Shown here one piece after another: positions 11,793-23,975 of a stretch of DNA of 64,000 bases (position 1 is its first letter; each line of letters begins with the position of its first letter). Position numbers and translations under genes: made by a program. Below the pieces are notes generated by a model that saw only the letters and a program-made list of their open reading frames with translations, ran no database searches and had not been told where the DNA came from. Source of the DNA: Paragordius varius. Lineage: Eukaryota; Animalia; Nematomorpha. The DNA lies in contig OZ176052.1 of NCBI GenBank assembly GCA_964247055.1, positions 6,634,001 to 6,698,000 of the forward strand, in the 5' to 3' direction.

Positions 11793-14700
11793 CTGAGCAA
11801 ACTTCTCACCAACACCATGGCTTGTTAAATGTAAAAACTTGGTTGAGCCAAAAGAATCATTACATCGCTTCTTCAATAGTTCCTATTGATAATGTTTTGA
11901 ATTTTTTTCATAAAAACCCTCTCTCAATTAAAATGATCCACTCATTTATAGGTTAAAACATTATTTAATGGTAATTCTGACTTAAAAAAATTAGGATCTT
12001 AAAATGAAAATTAAAAAAGTTAAAAAAGATTAAAGGGGGCCATGAGGGATTATTTTGCATGGAAATAATTAATTTTAAAAGAATGGCTAGCATGATTTTA
12101 TACATATCCTTGTTTGAAATTATGGTTGTTTAAAATTTAACATTTAAATATTTAATTACGATTTAAAAAACGATGTAAAATAAATATATAGGTGCTGGCC
12201 AACTATACCTGTGTGACATCATTAATACTATCCAAAAGGGACATATTTCTGTGTCCAATCTTGCGCTCATGAAGCGAATTGTTAAGGCGACTACTTCGGC
12301 GTCGTCTCCGTTTTCTTTGTCTAAATGGGATTTGATTTTTAATTAAGTTTTTGGGGAAAATGGAGGAGATTGATGTTTGACTCCCCAAATTAGGATTCTG
12401 AATTTGTTGATATCCTAATAGATTTTTGCCACAAAATATAGAGTTGTTTTCTTTTTCTTTTGTTAAAAATTTTGTATTTAACACTTCATCTTCCCCACCA
12501 TCCAGTTTTAAGTTTATCGGTTTGGAGATGTGGTTCCATTTACCTGGAATGGGGTTTGGTTGAGAATATTTTTTATAATAGGACTTTGGATAATTTTTAT
12601 CATAAGTATCAGTTAAACTTAAATGTTTTCTTTTATTTGGATTAAAATGTTTATCTTTGTCATCAAGACTTATATCATGTTGGTATATTGGTTTTGTGGG
12701 CAAAGTTTCACGATTCCATACTTTTATATTATCTTCTGTATGAGGTTGTGGCTTTAAGGGTGTTCTTATTTGGAAGAAGGAGTTATTGACTAAATTTTGG
12801 AAGCGTGAGATCATGGAAGAAATTTCGAATGATGATTTTTTCCTTGAATCCATAAATTTATGGGAATTGCAGTCATTCTTTGCCATCAACTTTTCAGCTA
12901 ACGAATTAATATGCAATTATTAAAAAACATTGGTAATGGTTAACTAAACTTCAAGTTTTATATTAATATTATTTTGATATTTATTTAGGTACCTTTTATA
13001 TTCAATATAAGTAAAATTGAATTTACGTGTGGTAAAACACACAATTAGCATAGGCTTAATTTAAAATTAGAACAACTCAGACCGGAACCAAAACCGATTC
13101 TTGAATTTTAAATAGGCTGCTGCTCAAAATTCCTAAACCGCCTTAAACTGTCTTACAACCGTTTTAGTTTATAAAAACAGTGGAACCGTTTATAATTAAT
13201 TTTAAAAGTCGGTTTTATGTTCCTCGCTATCCAACGCAAGAAAAGCATATTGTGAAACTATTCCTTAGCTTAGAACATTCCTAATCAATGACTAAAAATA
13301 ATAAACGATTTTGGGATTGGAATCAATAAAAATTCTAAATTATATTTGTTAAGGGACGCTCGTAGATGGGAACATTTATATTGTTATTTTTTTAATGTCA
13401 TTTGCTTTTGCATTTCGATAAATAAGGAATTTGCAAGATTTCAAGAGAGCTTAAAACCTTAAAATCTTAAAAATTATTTTGATTAATAGGATTAGATTCC
13501 GCGAAAGTCGTCATCCTTATAATAACCAAAATTAAATATTATTGTATTCAAAATATGTTGGATTAAAGAATGTAATTACGCCCAAAAAATAAATTAAAAA
13601 ATCAGTTCATGCGATTTCAGATTTCGAATAAATGAAGAAAAGTTTATTCAGAATGATTGATAGGCTTGATATAGACATTAGGGTGATATATTTTACATGA
13701 ATACATTGTTTTTGGTTTTACAGATGGTAGCTACAATGCTAAAAGGAATAATTTTATAGTAGAAGGTAAAAGGGAAAGATGACGCCCTTGGCGCGATGGA
13801 TACGGCTAAATTTTTTTTGGGCAAAACTGAACTAAAAGGGTTTTTTTGGCGAAATAGTTTACGAATATGACCACTTGAAAGAGTGATATCATATAATTTA
13901 ACATTTTATTATTATTATTATTATTATTACAGGTACTAAAATGGGGGTAAAAATTATTATTATTATTATCATAACCAATTTCAAAACAACTTTGCCACGT
14001 ATAGGTTGGTTCATTTAACGTATTCAATGAGCAATAAACAATATTCAGGTTAAGAGGATGGAGAAAAGCGGTGACACTATGCATAGAGCGGTGGTCGGAA
14101 ATGAAAATTTAATATTTATACAACTCAAATTTAGGAAAAACAACGATTATCTATTAAATTGGAAATCTCATTATATGATTAAACTTATTATTATAAAATT
14201 TGGCCAACTCATACAAATAATATTTATAAAGATTTCAAATTTAAAATAAATATTTTACTTTGATCCATATAGTATGATTGATTAAGATCGGGTAAGCTTG
14301 TGCGAGATCTGATAATTATAAATATATTTGCTAAGGTTAAATCAAATTGTATATTTATATTTTCCAATAAAAAAATTACCAGCTTTCAAAATCATCATGA
14401 AGCAATAAAGTTTTGAATTGTGATTATTAGCATAAATGGTGAGTGTATGATGATTATCAAGTTGTAAAATTATGACCATAATTAAAAAATAGACAAGAGA
14501 TAGTAAGGTTAAATAGATTTAACTTGAATTACCATTAAAAAGCCTTGTTAAATAACCATCTAAAGTGCGAAATACGTTTTTCAAATAAATATATTACTTA
14601 ACATAACTAAAACACAATTATTTTCCTGAAATGAAAGGTAGCCCCCCATTATTTAGACTCTAAAATCTCATGGTAAATATCCAAACCCACAAATATAAAA

Positions 14701-17486
14701 TTTGGATACCACTTAATCAATGTAATTTATATATTATACTTTTAATTTTAATTACTATGATATAATAATTAATAAAAATACATACCCAATAAGTGCAGGG
14801 TATGAACCAATCTTCTCCAATTTCTTTGGGTATTCTTGAATTTTTTTGGGCAAAGTTAGTGCGCGACGAAAGATTTTGAAAGTTTTCCCAACATGGCCTA
14901 AAATAATTTAAAATATTCATACTACCATTATTTAAATAATTTATTGATTCAATCTCATAAAATTATTATTTAATCACATTTATTAAACTATCTAAAAATA
15001 CTAAAAATGCGAACAATGTATCGATACACACTGCATGAAATCGGAGTTCAAACAAAAATACCCCAGACAATACACATACATATAACCTATAAAAAATATC
15101 AAGAAACTTATTCTGTACTTGGGTTTATAAAAAAGGTACTTCAGAAATGAAATTGGAAACGATTTTATTTCTGGTTCCAATTCAATGTCCACATATTTTT
15201 TCCAAAAAGAAATTGGAATTTCGATAAAGATTTTTTTGTCATAATAATTTACGTTCCTGTTTTATACTTTTTGGTTCAAGGGTTCCAGTCCTATTTTTTT
15301 TAGATACATCATAATAATCGCAGCAAATGTACAATCTTTCAAGCCACTAGATTAAACTCTTACCTCTTAAAAATTAAAAATAATAATAATAATCATGATT
15401 AAAAAAAAGATAAAAAAGTAGACGCTGTAAAAATTAAAAATTGAAAAAAATATTTTTGAAAGCGTTCCTGTTTCAAACGGCTCATAACGGTTGGTTGTAA
15501 TAAAAATCTTTATGACCATAACTGTAACCACTAAGGCTCAAAACTATTAATGGGATAATGCTATGAATAGGATTGATTTTTTCAGTCAAAAAATACCTTT
15601 GTAGTTGGTCATGTTATCGTTTGAAACACTCTTTTACCCCAAAAATTGGCAATATATGAAATTAAACATTAATTGCTTTTGATAAATGAAAAAACATTAA
15701 ACAATAAATTTTGCCATCTTTTTCAAAATATATTATAGTCTCTTTTTTTCATATTTTTAAAAAGCATATTTTGTGAACCATGGAAGTTGAAAAGTCTAAA
15801 TAAACCCTTTCCTGCCCAAGATAAATATAGATTGTTTGATCACAGGATATTACTTTTATGGACAATTCAAGTACGACTCCTTATCTACCCTACCCATATT
15901 TTATATTCTAACTTTTTATTAAAAAGTTATATAATATACTTTTAACACTTCATGACCTTTTTAGTAGTTTATTATCCCAGAGCGATTCGAAATTTGAATA
16001 TCAGTATACCAAATTTAATATGCTTACTTTACTTTTAAGGCTCAGGCTTCAAATTTTGCAAAAAAATCCTCATCTCAAACTTCGCCGCCACCTGTTTTCT
16101 TTAAATTTTTTTAAAACGCTAATACAATAGGCTTATATATGTATATTATGGTAAGAAACGGCAAATAATTAACTTTAGGAAGCTTTTAGATTGCATTTTA
16201 CTAGCAAAACCTTGATATTTATTGACTATAATTTCGATCGCGAGCTGTCCCAATCTTAGACTCTAGAAGTTACAAAACTGTAAAAATATAAACCTTTTTA
16301 TCTAATACTGAGAACAATGTAGATAAATAAATTCAACTAAAACAACTTTCAACACAGTAGTTTTTTGCAAGATGAAGCTGTGTGAGATAAAACTACCCCA
16401 ATATGTCATCGCGGACAAAAAGTGAAAAAGTCATCAAGTGTTAAAAAATAATTGCGTTAGTGTTGCGTAATAAGTTAAATATTACATTAAATATATTATT
16501 ACCATATAACGTATGCAAATCTTGATGTTGAAAAACGTGATTTTCTTTAAAACTAAGCACGTATATGTAAATCCTGGCTTGGCTATTGCGAATGGGAACA
16601 ATGGTCAAGTTGAAAAATCCAGGATCGCCTTTATGTGCAGATATTAATATTAAAATTATGATACGCAACCAATTTTTATGTTAATTCGTTTTTGAATTCT
16701 GCCCAAACTTTATATAGGGATTCTAACAGTAAAAGAATTTTAAATACAACCTCTTTTGCAAACTTTTTACAAAAAATTTAATGAGAAATGACCCTAGTTT
16801 TTGCTGTATAACATATCAAAACACATCAAATTCGTGGTATTAATATCATGAGCGCTAAAATCAATTATAAATTAATGCTAATAACGATATATGTATTCAA
16901 GTCCACACCGAGTCGTATATATAAATACATTTTTTATCATTTTTTGAAGCAAACAACTAGATGTACCTGACATTTTATAGAAGTAAGTTTCAACATTTTT
17001 ATTAACACCCTGTATCAATGCCTCCTCAATTTCGGCTCGGACAGTCCTATCCGTTTTGGGTCCTGTGAGAAAATGACAGTAACTTGATTTGCACATGACA
17101 TAACCTCTGGAGTAACCGAAGGTGGTCGTAAAAGTATCACTGCAAAATATGATTGGATATCTTCGGATAGTTGCGTTTGCGATAACAAAACATCTTCCTA
17201 AATAATATAAATAATAACTATTAACATCAATTTAACAATAATAAGTAAGTAATAAAGTATAATTAGTGTTGATAACCTCTCCGTCCATTTAATTTAACAT
17301 TACATTTACTATGAGTCCTAAGGGTCTAACTAATCTATCCTAATCTAATTAAAATTTAATTAAATTAATAATATGTTTTGGTGTGTCAAAATAACTTTTT
17401 TAACGCAGCAAGTGCAATTTAATAGCTTTGTTAAGCAGCATGTCAACCTTGGAGTGTTTGGCCGAAAAATCTCTTTGATCTTTTTC
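11793..17486 (-). CDS. ERG/KCNH (eag-family) voltage-gated K+ channel, N-terminal part. Exons 17405-17486, 16967-17197, 16503-16628, 12209-12897, 11793-11882
   Basis: The spliced product reads RRCFVIANATIRRYPIIFCSDTFTTTFGYSRGYVMCKSSYCHFLTGPKTDRTVRAEIEEALIQG...FYKMSGDPGFFNLTIVPIRNS, i.e. the eag PAS domain (cf. hERG FIIAN...FGYSR...CDFLHGPRT...VVPVKNE). The last exon ends SHGVGEKFAQ (cf. ERG THNVTEKVTQ). All junctions are GT-AG and phase-compatible. The start codon and transmembrane exons were not found. Confidence 0.85.
15946..16440. mobile_element. piggyBac-like MITE, 495 bp
   Basis: TTAA at both ends (15942-45, 16441-44). TIRs CACTTCATGAC.TTTTT / AAAAAGTCATCAAGTG. The body is homologous to 32683-33172. 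Confidence 0.85.
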
Positions 17487-19055
17487 CTGGGACAGAATGG
17501 TAAAATAGCAAAAAATATACATAGTTTTATATATCTTCCATAACAACTGAATATTTTGGAATGATTCGGGTTTACTATTGTGTAAAATAATTTGGGTAGT
17601 CGTAAATAACAACATTTTTTACATTTAAAGCAATAAGCAATTGATTAAAATAATTATGAAATTCATTATATGTGATATATTTTCAAGAGCTTATTTATCA
17701 AATGATTTAAAAATGGTGTAAAAATTCATTCCTAGATCAGATTATAAGAATAGATTGTAGCAGTTTTCGAGAATCACCTGGTAAAATATACATAAAATTA
17801 GAGTTAAATAAATCACGGTCAATACGATACGATAATGCTTTAATTGTGGTCATTCTTTTTCATTGAATAAAACCTATTTTATATGGAAAAACTATTCAGA
17901 CGATATAATTTTTAGATCGATGCGATTTATATTGATTATACTTAAGGTTAAAAGTACTACTCCCCCCATGATGAAAACTAATTAAAAATTTCTTTGATAC
18001 CTAAATCATTTTTCAGACGTGATTTATTGGGCAACAATATGTATATTCACATTTTTTTCGTTTATATTTCACGCCAAAATGTGTTTTAGCATTTCTTGTA
18101 ACCTTTAAGGACTTTTTGAAAAAAAAATCTAAAAAAATTATTTTGGGTTTATGATTATCTTTGTGATGCATATGATTAACTGACGAGTTTTCCTCTGCTG
18201 TAACTTATTTAACCTACTCGAGAAAAATCCGATTATTCAATTTAGATAATATAATTTTTTAATATTTCCCAATTTTCAGATATTGTTTATAATTAGGCTT
18301 TTAGCCAGCGAATGATATTTGATTTAAACATTTATTTTTACGTAAAGTCTTATTTTTTATATTAAATATAAAATATAATACTAATAAAATATAATACTAA
18401 AAAGGGCTTGGTTAAACCATATCATTAGAAATTAATTTTCTACTATTATCCCTAGAACAATAAAAGGTGCCTTCCAAATAACAAAAAATGTCTTTGTGTC
18501 ACATTAACGGTTTTTAACTGCAACAATCTATTTTCTTCTGTCAAATAAATGCCTTTACACGACACAGCAATTTATTTATGTGAGAAATGACAAATTTATA
18601 TCGTTAATAATTTTTTAATTATATAGATATCTCAACTCGTGCCTAACAATCAAAAACACTTACTCTCTTTGAATACCAATGAGCAATGAGTAAGAGATAT
18701 TTTTTGTCTTAAAGTAGCCGTTAAATTATATTTATATTGCTAGACAAATATATATCCATTTTATTTATGATTTTAAGAACGATAAATAACACCTAAAATT
18801 GACGCTTGATTTTTATGATATCGAAAAGATTTTTTAACAATATCTTGAATTTCCTTAGATATCAAAGGTAGATATATCTGTAGTGACGAAAAAAGATCAC
18901 CAATCATACAAGTGCGCGCACAGAGGCATGAAATGAACAAATTTTAAAGCGTATTACGACACAAACAAATTCAAACAAATTTAGTCATATTAACCATAAA
19001 TAGTTTTTAAAACTATAGAATGTTCGGAACAATACAGTTCTGGGGCCATTAATAA

Positions 19056-19121
19056 ATCTTTTTCAATGGATGAAAATTATTTATATTATATTTTGTTTTT
19101 AGTTCATCCATTGAAAAAGAT
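19056..19121. other. Perfect 19-bp inverted repeat with a 28-nt loop
   Basis: ATCTTTTTCAATGGATGAA (19056-19074) / TTCATCCATTGAAAAAGAT (19103-19121). Confidence 0.85.
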
Positions 19122-20801
19122 ATTACCATGTTTTTAAAATTTATATATAGTTAAAAATAATTTTACGGGAATTTAAATTATTATTTTAACATAAAATATT
19201 CGTTCATGTTGACAAATATATATTTTTTTCAATTTTATCCCCATTTTCTCAAATATTCAAAGTCCATGGTTTTTATCGATAAAAAAGCTCCTAAAACGTA
19301 TAAACCTCTATTTACTTCAAGTTTTTAAATAAGCCAAAATTTTAATAATATTGTTTGTATCTAACTATTTATATATATATATATATATATCTACATTAAT
19401 ACATAAGTTTAATCTCAAGGTCGAAAGTGTATTAGAGATATCGACATATTGGATTTTTGTAAAAATCGTATTATTTTATATTTAATCTATTATATAGGTT
19501 CGCAAAAAAATTTCTCAATATAATCTATAAATTGAATTATAATTTAAAAATAGATTATAAAAAATTGTTACCATTACTATAAATTAAAAGAGGTATGCTG
19601 AAAGTATGATATATATATATATAGTCACATGGTATGTTCCATTTAATATAAGCCTGCAATTATTAAATATAAAATTTTGATACCTATGGCACTTAACGCC
19701 TAAACAGTAGTCATAATATGTTTTTAATAAAATTAAAAAATGATAGTGTTTATTTTAGTGTGCTTATAAAGGTCAGAATTGCTTTACAATGTAATATGCT
19801 TTATATATTTTTTTTTACATATTTTGTATAAGGGTTCAAAGTTTATCCAAATCAGGGGTCTCCAACACGCGGATCTCCGAAATATTTCTGTAGCCAGCGA
19901 GAAATTTCAAATACAAAGTTTTACGATATACAAGAAAATTGTTTTACATGACAAATTTTCTGAATAAGTCTTTTAAAGTTTCGGCAACGAACTAGTAAAA
20001 ATTGTTATCATAAATGCTAGTTTTTACAGCATATGTTCAAAATTAATATATTTTTTAATTCCCATATATTTTGCGATGCAGTCCGTCGATTTTTTTGATC
20101 CCAAAAGGCGGCGATTGGATCTAATTTATAAGATATATTAAAACAGTAAATATAAATCCAAAGTTTAGATTCGCGATCAGCTATTTCGAATCTTTTTTAA
20201 AACCCAAAAATAATCCCTAACAAGGGAATCGTTTTCATTCCCAGAACTAAATTTCAAATGGTTCAAAAAATATGATTTTAGATTGTTTCAAATTTAATTG
20301 TTAACTTCTCTTCTCAAATTGTTTTCTATGCAATGCGCCCAACAAATTATGAATGTAAAAAAAATTTGTCAAAATCAAAAATAGTACAGATTACTATCCC
20401 TTTTTTCCGAAAATAATGCATCAAAATATTTATAAAGTGAAGCGAGTATTTTGCATGAAAAGTTTGAAGATTAACGCGAAAAATTTAAATTCTAGCTAAA
20501 GCGGCCCAGGAATTTTGTTGAAAAAACTTTTGTATTAAGCACACCATAGTTTTTGATATTATCAGAGATACTGATGTCATAGGTTTTGTTTTGTTCGCTT
20601 ACATTAAAAATCCATTTTTGTTTTTCAGAGTAAAAGCAATTGGGTATAATTATAACTGTTATTATTTTATTAAATAAACTTTATATTTCATGTAATCGAT
20701 TATGATCGCATTCAACATAAATATACAAAGGTTCTAACAGTTTAGCATTTCATTATATGCAGAAAAATTTATGAAAGAAACCTTTCTTTTGAAAATTGAA
20801 A

Positions 20802-22462
20802 TCTATATATTTATAAAAATAGAAAATGCTGGCTTTGTGATGTGTTTCCGGAAAACCGGCAGACCCATTCAAATCCAAATGTCGAAAAAATATAATCATT
20901 AATGAATGCCCCGCCAATAGCTTCGCCCTTTTTTTAAATTAGGCCCCCAGTTCGGGCCCACCCCCTGTAAAAAACGGTTTTTTTTGAAAACACAAGTCCA
21001 CAAAAATCGTGTGTTTGAGTCAATTTTCCCGAAAACGTGTTGGACCATTCGATTTAAAATATAATTTTTGTTTACTTATTTTCGATTGCACCGAACATAG
21101 TCGGCTCGTTTTTTTAAATTAGGCCCTCTTTTTACCCGCTCCCCCCGTAAAATAGCATTTTTTTCAAAAAATTAAATCCACAAAAATAATTTTTTGAATC
21201 TATTTTTCGCCCAAGGTATGAGACCGTAAAAATTCAATAAGGATTCCAGGTATTTCCTATTAAAAGGCAAAAATTTTAGTCAAGCGCTTCTTTGATGATA
21301 GCTGCTGGGTAAGGAGCTACCCGCGAAAAACTGACCCGTCATATCTAAATAGCGTGTTTGGGTTAAATGCCAGAAAACCTATCAGGCCATATGAGTTTAA
21401 TAGCTGCTTTAAGTATTACCCGTAAAAAGTCAAAAATTTAAGTCGAGCGAATTTTTTAAAATTACCCCTTAATTAGGCCCCTTCACGCCCTGTAAAATGC
21501 GCCACCATAGAATAATTTTTTAATTTTGAGGCAATTTTTCCGAAAACTAATGAGAGCATATGGAATCAATGATGATTCCAGGTATTCTACGTAAAAAGAC
21601 AAAAATATTAATCAAGCGCTTTTTTGTATCAGTCTCTGGGTAGGGAGCTACCCGCCTACAACTGCGCCAGCATATCAAAATTGCGTTGTTTAGGAGTTAA
21701 TTTTCAGAAATCAGGCCATATAAGTTTCATATGGCCCTAGAATATTACCCGTAAAAGGCAAAGATTTAAGTGGAGCGGTTTTAAATTAGCGGTTAAATAG
21801 GCTCTCGGTAGGGGGCTACTTGCGTAAAAATGCGTGACTATATCGGTACAGCATACCTTTGGAGTCAAATTTGAGAAAACTTATGAGACTAAGTGAGTTC
21901 AATAAGGGCAATATTTATTACCACTTAAAAAACAAATATTTTAGTATAGGGGGTTATTTCAATGAGTCGCTAAGAAAAGTTTTACGCCCTCATATATCGC
22001 CGCCATAGAACAATTTTTTTGGTTTTGAAGCAATATTTCCAAGAACTTATAGGAACATATGTACATTATAATTTCAAATATTCCCCATATAAAGACAAAA
22101 ATTTTGCCCGACGCTTTTTTATACTTGTCTCTGGGTAAGAAGCTACCCGCCAAAAACTGTGCCACTATATGGAAATCGCGTTTTTTTGGAACTAATATAA
22201 AACTTATGTCATATGAGCTTATTTAAAGTTCGAAATATTACCCGTAACTAGGTAAAAATTAAGGTCAGGCCTTTTTTATTAGCCGTTTATTTGGGGTCTT
22301 TATCCCCTAAAAATACGCCATCATATAACGATTATTTAGTGTTGAGGTATTTTTTCGAATAACCCATGAGACAATGGCCTCAAAGATGTTTCCAAATCCC
22401 CCCTCCCCTCTGAAGTCCGAAGGACTTCCTCGGGCTGCGTAGCATCACGAGATTTACGCTAG
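20802..22462 (+). mobile_element. Non-autonomous Helitron, copy B (1661 bp)
   Basis: A|TCTATATATTTATAAAAAT 5' end and CTCGGGCTGCGTAGCATCACGAG-ATTTACG-CTAG|T 3' end. Same internal repeat units as copy A. Confidence 0.88.
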
Positions 22463-23057
22463 TATTTTATAAACTATATTAATTATTGTAAAATTAATTT
22501 TTACTGATTTGAAATTCTACAGTCCGAAATTTAGAAAATTTCCCAATTGATTCAAACAGCCTATTTAAAATTAATAGATGGCAAAAATGTATAATTATTT
22601 AAAATTAAACACCCAGTTATTTCGATTTAAAAAAATCTGGACAAATTTCGACGTCAACAAGTTCAAACTAATTGATTTGAACAATTTTATATTTTCGCAG
22701 TTTTTTTCCTGAGTATAAAAAGCCATAGATACCTATTTTAAATTTGTAATATTTAATTATAGGTTAAATTTACTTTTCGAAAAACCGCAAAAGACAATAA
22801 AGTTTTATACTGTTTGATCATTATATAATGACAATTTAACATAAAACATTTTTAGCAAAATCCTTTTCCAAAATATTGTGTGTCGCCCAAAACGGTCTTT
22901 TTATCAATTTACATTATTATATCGGTATGTGTTTATCAATCAGCAAAACTCAAGAGGTAGCAACAAGTTCTTAAAAGTCGCCTGAATTTAAACCAAACTC
23001 GGAGCAAAAACTATAAATAAGGAAGGTTACATAATTACAAAATTTTAATTTTATATT

Positions 23058-23059
<2 letters not shown>

Positions 23060-23089
<30 letters not shown>
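23060..23089. repeat. (AT)n microsatellite
   Basis: About 14 uninterrupted units. Confidence 0.9.
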
Positions 23090-23094
<5 letters not shown>

Positions 23095-23528
23095 GCTCAT
23101 TAGTTTAAGTTTTTTAACGGATGATAAAGCAGAGTTAGAATGAAAGGATGCCATGAAATTATAAAATGTATTATTATATTTCTAAGAGTTAAATTAAAAA
23201 ATCTTAAAAAAAGATTAATGCGCTAATAATCATATGAGAATTATATAAAAAAAATTATTAGAGAGTTGTTGTTTGACGTAAGAAAAACACAATTCCTGCC
23301 AACAGGTGCTTAAATATACCAAGTTTTTTTTTAAATGTATTTAATAAATGCTACTAATGATCGTAGAATTCTATTATAACTATATGAAAAGAGGTTTTCC
23401 AAACAAAATGTTGCTACAATTTTTTTTAATATTTTCTGTGTGAGGGAGTGAGTCATTCGGTAAACGAATATCGATAATTGTTGAAAAACACGAAAATTTG
23501 CATATTAAGTGATTGCTTAAAAAGATAG

Positions 23529-23975
23529 ATTAGCAAACGAAAGTTCAAAAGTAATTATACCTTGAGAATTGAATTTTTTGATGAGCATATTAAGGAATGT
23601 GTATTGGAAATCAGTATTACCCCTTTTCATTACCATTTTGGAATTTTAAGGATTACTGAAGTAAAGATTTTACAGCAAAAAATGCAGTTGAAGAATATAG
23701 TTTTTTTTCAAAAATCGATGGTTAATATTGACTTTTTATGCGAAAAGGAATATCGAATAGCAAGTAATACTATTTGTAGTGTAAAAGATAATATTAATTT
23801 AAGGCGGGACAAGAATGGAATATAATTAGTGTGCGTTTATATGTCCATCAAGGGAATTAAAGAATTTAGGTTTGAAATGGCATCTTATAGAACTGCTCTA
23901 TATTCTGTAAAAGACGATTCTCCATATTGTAACAGTGAGTGCTTTAATGGCAAACTATTAGAGAATTTTTTTTGA
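23529..23975 (+). pseudogene. Possible decayed coding relic of unknown family
   Basis: One frame is open for 98 codons, then a single TAA (23823), then 49 more codons (LVCVYMSIKGIKEFRFEMASYRTALYSVKDDSPYCNSECFNG). No recognised homology. Confidence 0.3.

Noticed and set aside
18910-18929. ATG CCT CTG TGC GCG CAC TT|GTATGA as the first exon of the channel (cf. MPVRRGHV)
   Set aside because: The phase-2 donor does not fit the good acceptor at 17486 (phase 0) and would need a purine-rich cryptic acceptor. Unproven.
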